From: an uncultured Victivallales bacterium | GTDB taxonomy: Bacteria; Verrucomicrobiota; Kiritimatiellia; UBA8416; CAZASC01 | Direction: 5' to 3' | Length of the DNA: 64,000 bases | Assembly (NCBI GenBank): GCA_964487695.1 | Contig: CAZASC010000001.1 | Coordinates: 43,570 to 107,569 of the forward strand | In this document: positions 55,381 through 61,727 of the stretch, one piece after another | How the letters are laid out: every line of letters starts with the position of its first letter | Numbering within the stretch: the stretch's first letter is position 1 | Program-made: the position numbers and the translations under genes | Notes under the pieces: generated by a model | Database searches by the model: none | The model's input: the letters and a program-made list of their open reading frames with translations, nothing else | What the model was told of the DNA's origin: nothing

Positions 55381-57051
55381 CGTCTTTATCGAAACGACCT
55401 TGTCGTCGCCCGGAGAATAAAAATCCTTCAGACGGGCGGATTCACTATAACCGAGCCGCTCGTAGAAGTTTCTCGTGGAATCGTAAGCGGACCGTCCCGA
55501 TGTCTCAATCACAGCCAAACGGCCCCCGCGCACACGTATCATTCTCTCTACAAAGCCCATAAGCTCCTTGCCCAGCCCCCTGCCCTGCAGCTTCGCCGCA
55601 ACCGCGATCCAGTAGATATCGAATGTTCCAAGCGCACAAGGAGTTGGCCCGTAACAAATCCAGCCACCGACCTGTCCTTGCGCCTCTATCACGAACGATT
55701 GATAATGCCCATGTTCTCCGCCTTTCACAGCATCGTCGAACACTTCCCTTGCGATTTCCAGTTCGTCGGGACGGAAGAACTCGGGTTGATTGAGCAGCGC
55801 AAGGACGGCTTCGCGGTCATTACCAACAGCGCGACGGATGACCGATTGGACAGGACCGCTTGCAAAAGTCGCGGCGGCAAAGGATTGCCGCCCTCCATCC
55901 AACTCAAAACGCTTGGTTTCCCGATATTTTGGAGGGTCGCAATCCTTTGCGACCGTCTGACGATAGAGTTCTGCAACAGGTTCAACAATGTCTGATTTCA
56001 GCCCGGCGGCGTTTTCGTGTTGATCCAACACATCGCTCGCACCATCGGCCCTGCTGAGGGCATTGTCGAGAAGAGTTTTGACAAAATTGCTGTACGAAAT
56101 TCCTGCCTCTTGCAATGCCGCGGCAAAACCCGCATCCGGCGATATATCTGGATTAGCGTTTACTTCAAGAACGACAGGCTCGTTCTGTTCTGTCAGCCTG
56201 AAATCGACACGCACATAGTCGCGACAGCCCAAGGTCCGCCATGCCACCAGCGCCATCTCGCTTATGCGTTGCCGCAGCGACTCCGGGAGATCGGAATGGA
56301 ACGTGCGCCGAGTATTCGAGTATTCGAACGAATCTTTCTTCCACTTTGCCGCATATCCGACTATGCGCGGCTTGTTCTTGCCAAATGCCGAGAAATCGAT
56401 CTCGGCGAGCGGCAGTACTTTCACCGAATCGCCCATTTGCAGAAGCGAGACATTGATTTCACGCTGGCCGATCATTTCTTCAACGATTGCAGGCTGCTTG
56501 AATTTCTCGTGAATCTCCCGCACCAGTTCGCCTAATTTCGGGTCGGACGAATCAATTATGGAATGCGCATCAATGCCTTCGCTTGCGTCAGCTGCTGCCG
56601 GCTTGACTATGCATAATCCGCCGGGCAACTGCATCAGGCTGATTTCCTGTCCAACTTGGACCGCTGCTCCGGCTGGACACCTAATCCCTGCAGCTGAAAG
56701 AATCGCCTTCGTCCTCGTCTTGTCAGTCGAAAGCGCAAGACAAGGCGTATCGTTACCAGTGACCTCAATGCCTAGAGCGCGACAAACGGCTGGAACAAGG
56801 AATGCGTCCGCTGGAGCTCCAGGAAAACCTTCCACAAGATTGATGGCGAGCTGAGACGCGTTTCGAGAGAGTGCAAACGGCAATTCCCTGAGACTCTTCA
56901 ATCTGATTTCACGATAAGACATTCCTAGAGTCTTCAAGGCGTCCGCGACGGCGCGCACCTGTTCCATGACTCCAATCTCGCTTTCCGCAAACGCAGAGGT
57001 GCTGCCATCTGGCGTATTGAAAAGTATCAAGACTGTCCCGTTGTTGATCAT
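55375..57051 (-). CDS. fusion protein: N-terminal D-Ala-D-Ala-ligase-like ATP-grasp domain plus C-terminal GNAT acetyltransferase
   Basis: The ATP-grasp part covers residues ~1-335 (LCIVKPAAADASEGI, VRVDFRLTEQNEPVVLEVNANPDIS). The GNAT part covers ~400-558 (YWIAVAAKLQGRGLGKELM, acetyl-CoA motif A). Confidence 0.8.
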   Translation of the reverse strand: MINNGTVLILFNTPDGSTSAFAESEIGVMEQVRAVADALKTLGMSYREIRLKSLRELPFALSRNASQLAINLVEGFPGAPADAFLVPAVCRALGIEVTGNDTPCLALSTDKTRTKAILSAAGIRCPAGAAVQVGQEISLMQLPGGLCIVKPAAADASEGIDAHSIIDSSDPKLGELVREIHEKFKQPAIVEEMIGQREINVSLLQMGDSVKVLPLAEIDFSAFGKNKPRIVGYAAKWKKDSFEYSNTRRTFHSDLPESLRQRISEMALVAWRTLGCRDYVRVDFRLTEQNEPVVLEVNANPDISPDAGFAAALQEAGISYSNFVKTLLDNALSRADGASDVLDQHENAAGLKSDIVEPVAELYRQTVAKDCDPPKYRETKRFELDGGRQSFAAATFASGPVQSVIRRAVGNDREAVLALLNQPEFFRPDELEIAREVFDDAVKGGEHGHYQSFVIEAQGQVGGWICYGPTPCALGTFDIYWIAVAAKLQGRGLGKELMGFVERMIRVRGGRLAVIETSGRSAYDSTRNFYERLGYSESARLKDFYSPGDDKVVSIKTL

Positions 57052-57182
57052 GAATGGACACTACCAGCTTTCCTACATGAATCGAATTGCAATCGTACGT
57101 ACAAAGTCTTCTGAAGGTGAACAACGACTTGCTCATTGGGTTCAAACTTGCTCATAACGCAAAACCACGCAGGAGTGGGCCG

Positions 57183-57545
57183 CTACTGAAAACCCGAAGC
57201 TAAAGAGAATATTCTCTGCATCCCCGTCACATTCATTACTCCATTGTCCTCAATGTTGATATGATAAATTACTGTTGGTTGAGAGACGACTTCAACCTGA
57301 ACCACTATGAGATCGCATTCCCAACTGTATCTCTGCTTGGTGATGCGCAATCCCCATTGGATACTGGCTGGCTTTTCAAAATAGAGGCCACCGCGATCCG
57401 CACAGTATTCCGCCAACTTAGATTCCGTAGTATGGGCTAACTCGGCTTCAGATTTAATGACATTATTGTATCGAATCTCGTAACTCCTCAAAACACAGAA
57501 AGCCTCAAGCATGTCAATGATATCTTCAATCGCAGTTATTCTCAT
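57183..57545 (-). CDS. hypothetical cytoplasmic protein (orphan, low GC)
   Basis: ATG 57545 overlaps the stop of the upstream ORF (ATGA). The track's start 57611 would overlap that ORF by 70 nt. I recognise no family. Confidence 0.4.
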   Translation of the reverse strand: MRITAIEDIIDMLEAFCVLRSYEIRYNNVIKSEAELAHTTESKLAEYCADRGGLYFEKPASIQWGLRITKQRYSWECDLIVVQVEVVSQPTVIYHINIEDNGVMNVTGMQRIFSLASGFQ

Positions 57546-57937
57546 TGTCTTCGACAAGATGCTTTTAGACAACACGCTTGTCGCCTCGTCATCGGTCGAA
57601 ACGGTCTGCATGTGTCCATCTCCGCAGTTATCGCATACCTTATTGGCGCCAGCTGAATCAAGGCGCTATTCGTGTCAACCATTTCGATCTGAAAGACAGC
57701 GCGTCCGGGAAGACAATTGGATATGGCATGATTCGCTAATCGGAACACTCTGGGATATCCTAAACTGATAATAAGATCGCGCCCTGAAGTCCCCGGCGGA
57801 CACCATGTTCTTTCGGCATAAGCACGCACGGCACTTTCCTGTTTGTTTTCCGGAGTTAAATCGCCCGCTGCCCACTGGAGGTGCACCGTCAAACCGAGAA
57901 ATATAATCGCAATGAGCGCTCGCAATTGCTTCTTCAT
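57542..57937 (-). CDS. hypothetical secreted protein (orphan, low GC)
   Basis: ATG 57937 follows a GAGGAG RBS. The signal-peptide-like N-terminus is MKKQLRALIAIIFLGLTVHLQWAAG. The Arg/Cys-rich C-terminal tail looks unnatural, so a frameshift into the next ORF is possible. Confidence 0.4.
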   Translation of the reverse strand: MKKQLRALIAIIFLGLTVHLQWAAGDLTPENKQESAVRAYAERTWCPPGTSGRDLIISLGYPRVFRLANHAISNCLPGRAVFQIEMVDTNSALIQLAPIRYAITAEMDTCRPFRPMTRRQACCLKASCRRQ

Positions 57938-58029
57938 TGAATCATCTCCTCGCTTGATTAGCCTCACATCTTCACTTTCACATTCTCATATCACACGAAC
58001 CGATGCCGTTCATTCCGCAAGAAGACTAT

Positions 58030-58452
58030 TTACGACTTGCGAGTCCGCCACATGACGTGGAATTCCTCTGGTGACAGGATGGACAGACCAGACTTCGGAA
58101 ATCCGCCTGGATCGCGCGTAACGAGACAAACCGCCTTGATCCTGATGGCGGAACAGAACTGGATTGCGTCCTCAAAATCATCCAAACCCATGTCTATTGC
58201 TTGATTAATGATCTGGCTGTCTGGCGCAACCGGTTCGAATACGTCCCGCAAGATGCGGATGGCCTTGTCGGCCCGAGCTTTGTTCTCCGCTTTTCGCACA
58301 ATGTAGTAAATGTTGTTGAAGCTGACTGAGGAAATGAAGGCACGTATCTCGCGCGTTTCGGCCAAAGACCACAAATTAGCTGCAGCTTTATAGAATGGCT
58401 CCCTCTTCGCCAGCACGTCCAGAAGCAAATTCGTGTCAACGAGGACTTTCAT
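58030..58452 (-). CDS. vapC: PIN-domain toxin, VapC family
   Basis: The PIN acidic residues are at MKVLVDTNLLLD, DDFEDAIQ and LVTRD. There is a 4-nt overlap with the upstream antitoxin gene. Confidence 0.85.
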   Translation of the reverse strand: MKVLVDTNLLLDVLAKREPFYKAAANLWSLAETREIRAFISSVSFNNIYYIVRKAENKARADKAIRILRDVFEPVAPDSQIINQAIDMGLDDFEDAIQFCSAIRIKAVCLVTRDPGGFPKSGLSILSPEEFHVMWRTRKS

Positions 58453-58709
58453 CGCCTGATCCCATGCCGGTCGGACAATGCGTCTTCCAGGAGTTTCTGA
58501 TCGGACCGATTGCTGGGCAAGTTAAGAAGACCTGTTGCCTGATGCGTGAGCGGTCCTATCTGGGTAGATTCGTCCAGCTTGATCCGTTCGATTGATCGCA
58601 GGAACCTGGAGAACATCCCTGAGATGCTTGTTCGACCTGAGGAAGCCAGCCGCTTTGCATCCGCAATCAAGTCTGCTTCTACGCTAAGTGTAAGCTTTGT
58701 CATTGCCAT
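58449..58709 (-). CDS. antitoxin of the VapBC-type module (DUF6364-like)
   Basis: The N-terminus is MAMTKLTLSVEADLIADAKRLA... ATG 58709 is preceded by a GAAGGA RBS and a near-consensus promoter. The track start 58769 lies inside that promoter. Confidence 0.7.
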   Translation of the reverse strand: MAMTKLTLSVEADLIADAKRLASSGRTSISGMFSRFLRSIERIKLDESTQIGPLTHQATGLLNLPSNRSDQKLLEDALSDRHGIRR

Positions 58710-58740
58710 ATGCACATCCTTCTTACGTATTGTTTGCAAT

Positions 58741-58769
58741 ATAGTATACGTATCATGCAAGACGGTCAA
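58741..58769 (-). promoter_or_regulatory. sigma-70-type promoter of the vapBC module
   Basis: On the minus strand: TTGACC (58769-58764), a 17-nt spacer, then TACTAT (58746-58741). The spacer contains the 8-bp palindrome ATACGTAT. Confidence 0.5.
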
Positions 58770-58785
58770 TAGAAGAACTTCTATT
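58768..58785. promoter_or_regulatory. inverted repeat AATAGAAG-AA-CTTCTATT overlapping the -35 box; candidate antitoxin operator
   Basis: The 8-bp arms are perfect, read directly from the sequence. Type II TA modules are typically autoregulated through such palindromes. Confidence 0.45.
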
Positions 58786-58791
58786 CAACGA

Positions 58792-59772
58792 TCATCGTCT
58801 CTTCATCGCGCTTTCAATGATTGAGGCGATGAGATCGTTGTAAGGAATTCCTTCCCGGGTGGCGATCATGGGAAGGTCGGAATGAGTCGGATGCAGGCCG
58901 GGCAGAGGATTGACCTCCATGAAGCTTGGTTTGCCGCCGCTGTCGAGCCTTATATCAACCCTGCCCGCATCGCGGCATTCGAGCGCACGATAGCTTTCCA
59001 GCGCCAGTTTCTCGACGTCAACACGCAACTTGTCGCGCGGTGGCGATGAGTACACGACGAGACTTTCACACAATTCCTTGGTCTTGAAGGAATAGACGGC
59101 CTTCAGCGATCTGTCGGGGATCGAGATTTCCATTGTACCGATTACACGCGCATCGCATCCGGCACCAAGGATGCCTACTGTGAATTCGCGACCCGGCAAA
59201 AACTCTTCAACAAGGACTGGCTGCGAATGTTTCTCCAGAAGCCTTGCACAAACGCGGCGCAAAGCGACGGACGAATCCACCTTGGAATCCGTGTCAATCC
59301 CCTTGCCGGTGCCCTCGGCGATGGGTTTTGCAAACAACGGGAAGCCGAGATTCACACTTTCAAGATCGGCAAACGTGGCGACAACGGCGAATCCAGGCGT
59401 AGCCAGGCCGGCTGCCATGAGCACGCGTTTCGACATGGCTTTGTCAAGGGTCAAAGCGCATACAAGCGGATCAGAAAATGTGTATGCAATGCCGTAGAGC
59501 TCGAGGATGGCAGGAACCTGTGCTTCGCGCGAACGGCCGTTGATTCCCTCCGCAACGTTGAAGACTAGATCCCATTTCTCTCCGGCGACAAGACGGGAAC
59601 ACAGAGCTAGCGCATTTCCAATCCTGTCCGTTCTATGGCCGAGCGAAACAATAGCGCGGTCAATCTCGTTTATAGTATCTTCAGAGTCGAATTCGGCCAC
59701 AGCATCTTCGCTGTAACCTTGAGCGAGATAATCCTTACGCAGATCGTAAACTAGGCCGATTGACAAGGTCAT
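58792..59772 (-). CDS. D-alanine--D-alanine ligase family ATP-grasp protein (substrate unknown)
   Basis: The layout is Ddl-like (LVFNVAEGINGRSREAQVPAILELYGIAYTFS, FPLFAKPIAEGTGKGI, GRVDIRLDSGGKPSFMEVNPLPGL). Confidence 0.8.
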   Translation of the reverse strand: MTLSIGLVYDLRKDYLAQGYSEDAVAEFDSEDTINEIDRAIVSLGHRTDRIGNALALCSRLVAGEKWDLVFNVAEGINGRSREAQVPAILELYGIAYTFSDPLVCALTLDKAMSKRVLMAAGLATPGFAVVATFADLESVNLGFPLFAKPIAEGTGKGIDTDSKVDSSVALRRVCARLLEKHSQPVLVEEFLPGREFTVGILGAGCDARVIGTMEISIPDRSLKAVYSFKTKELCESLVVYSSPPRDKLRVDVEKLALESYRALECRDAGRVDIRLDSGGKPSFMEVNPLPGLHPTHSDLPMIATREGIPYNDLIASIIESAMKRR

Positions 59773-59842
59773 GATTTCAACATCTGACTGCTGCCTACCA
59801 TGACAGCTTGATTCACTGACTCATAAACACACCGTCAAGACG

Positions 59843-61207
59843 TTAGGGTTCTTCTGGAATCGCACATTTCGCTGTGCCTTCCGCCGCCGATTTCTTTGCG
59901 CGCCTCAGAAGGCGGCTGCTTTCTGCCGGGACGATGCTGGATTTCTTCCCTGACGACAATTCCCAAACGCCGCCGGCGGAAGCTGACGAATCGGACTTCT
60001 CAACGCATGCGCCTGGCTCCGGATAATTTACCATCATCCCTTCGCAGTTTCGCAGGACAGTATGCGTCGGACTTACCGAAACGATGTAGTTCGGAAGCAG
60101 CGGAATCTTGCCGCCGCCGCGTGGCGCATCAACTACGTAGTTTGGGATCGCCAGACCGCTAAGCCGGCCGCGCAGATATTCCATTATTTCCAACCCCCGG
60201 CTGATCGGGGTCCTGAAATGTTCGATGCCTCGCACAAGATCGCATTGGAACAGATAATACGGCCGGACTCTCATGCGAACGAGCCCGCGACAGAGTTCTT
60301 CCATGGTTCGCGGGTTGTCGTTCACACCGCGCAGTAACACAGTTTGATTTCCCATGGGAATGCCGGCATTCACGAGCCTTGCGCATGCTTCCGCAGCCTC
60401 GGGAGTGAGTTCCCGAGGATGATTGAAGTGCGTATTCACCCATATTGGGTGATATCGTCCGAGCATTGATGTGAGCTCAGCGGTGATCCGCTGCGGCATT
60501 ACCACGGGCGTGCGCGTGCCGATCCGTATAATCTCCACACTTGGCACGCCGCGAATGGCTGAAATGATTCTCTCCAGCACGTCCATTGAAAGCGTAAACG
60601 GATCTCCGCCGGAAATAATCACATCTGTGATCCCCGGATTGGCGCCGAGATAGGTCACAATATCCTTCAAATGCTCCGCCGATATTGAATCTTCCCTTGT
60701 ACCGGCTACACGTTTTCTTGTGCAGTGCCTGCAATACATCGAGCACATGGTGGTCGCCATCACAAGCGCCCTGTCAGGATAGCGATGGATGAGCCCGGGC
60801 ACAGGCATGTCAACTTCTTCCTCAAGCGGATCGGCGTGAAGGAACGGCGGATCGAACATCTCTTCCATCTGCGGAACACACATCTGGAATATTGGATCTG
60901 ACATGTCGGCGTGATGTATCAAAGAAGCATAAAATGGCGTTATTGCCAGGGGATATTTTGCCGCGACCTTTTCAAGTTCCGGTCGACCGCGAAGTTCAGG
61001 GAAAAGACTGATCAATTCTGAAACTGACCTGACTCTGTTCTGCATTTGCCACCTCCAATCGTTCCATGATGGAGATGATTTCATCGTTTGGACATCGCTA
61101 TCGGACTTCTGCGCTTGGGCAAATTGACTTGGTTTACAGCAATTCGCCGGGGGGGGTTCGTCGGAAGGTGAGACCGCAACGTTTTCATTGCGTTTATTCG
61201 CTTCCAT
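59843..61207 (-). CDS. KamA-family radical SAM aminomutase (lysine 2,3-aminomutase-like)
   Basis: Motifs are the CSMYCRHCTRK cluster, ISGGDPF and the PLP-region NHPRELT. I chose ATG 61207 (GAAAGGAA RBS); the track's GTG 61270 is the alternative. About 45 aa of unusual N-terminal sequence precede the conserved core. Confidence 0.85.
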   Translation of the reverse strand: MEANKRNENVAVSPSDEPPPANCCKPSQFAQAQKSDSDVQTMKSSPSWNDWRWQMQNRVRSVSELISLFPELRGRPELEKVAAKYPLAITPFYASLIHHADMSDPIFQMCVPQMEEMFDPPFLHADPLEEEVDMPVPGLIHRYPDRALVMATTMCSMYCRHCTRKRVAGTREDSISAEHLKDIVTYLGANPGITDVIISGGDPFTLSMDVLERIISAIRGVPSVEIIRIGTRTPVVMPQRITAELTSMLGRYHPIWVNTHFNHPRELTPEAAEACARLVNAGIPMGNQTVLLRGVNDNPRTMEELCRGLVRMRVRPYYLFQCDLVRGIEHFRTPISRGLEIMEYLRGRLSGLAIPNYVVDAPRGGGKIPLLPNYIVSVSPTHTVLRNCEGMMVNYPEPGACVEKSDSSASAGGVWELSSGKKSSIVPAESSRLLRRAKKSAAEGTAKCAIPEEP

Positions 61208-61328
61208 CGTTGTTCCTTTCTTTGCTGACCTATTCATACCGTAACTAAGTTCGCGTTTTACCACCGGCACCCCAAAAGAAAAGCAAAAACTTAAGATTTC
61301 TCAAAATTCAGCTGTAACACGTTGACGC

Positions 61329-61727
61329 TTGTCGTGGGCATGTGCAACTATTCAGAGAATGACTTTACGCACCATAATCTCAATCATAAGGGCCATGACG
61401 TACACGGGACTCGCCACCATCCTCGGCGTCAAAGGCAGCACAATGAATGAGCTCATCATTCCATTTATCGCGGGTGCTGTTGCTGCAGATTTTGTGACCT
61501 GGCTGATTAGAAGTATATTCCTATTTCCACTGTTCCTGAAACATGGAGCGTTCGATGCTATTTTGAGCATCGTATTCGGCTGGTTTATTTTCTCGCTTTT
61601 CGGATTGGGTATCAAAATTGACAACGGCGAAGAGATGGCCACAGCCTTCCTTTCATTCCTTGCCGTGCTGGCCCTGAAAGTAACCTATTATTCATTAGAA
61701 TACATCGAAGATGACGATGACGACTAG
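61329..61727 (+). CDS. small hydrophobic membrane protein with an acidic C-terminal tail, hypothetical
   Basis: It has three or four hydrophobic segments and ends in EDDDDD. The start is uncertain (TTG 61329, or an internal ATG such as MNELIIPF). It overlaps the convergent pepN stop by 4 nt. Confidence 0.35.
   Translation: MSWACATIQRMTLRTIISIIRAMTYTGLATILGVKGSTMNELIIPFIAGAVAADFVTWLIRSIFLFPLFLKHGAFDAILSIVFGWFIFSLFGLGIKIDNGEEMATAFLSFLAVLALKVTYYSLEYIEDDDDD

Noticed and set aside
61208-61328. Lysine riboswitch (L-box) upstream of the KamA-family gene
   Set aside because: The leader is only ~120 nt and lacks the conserved L-box helices and motifs.
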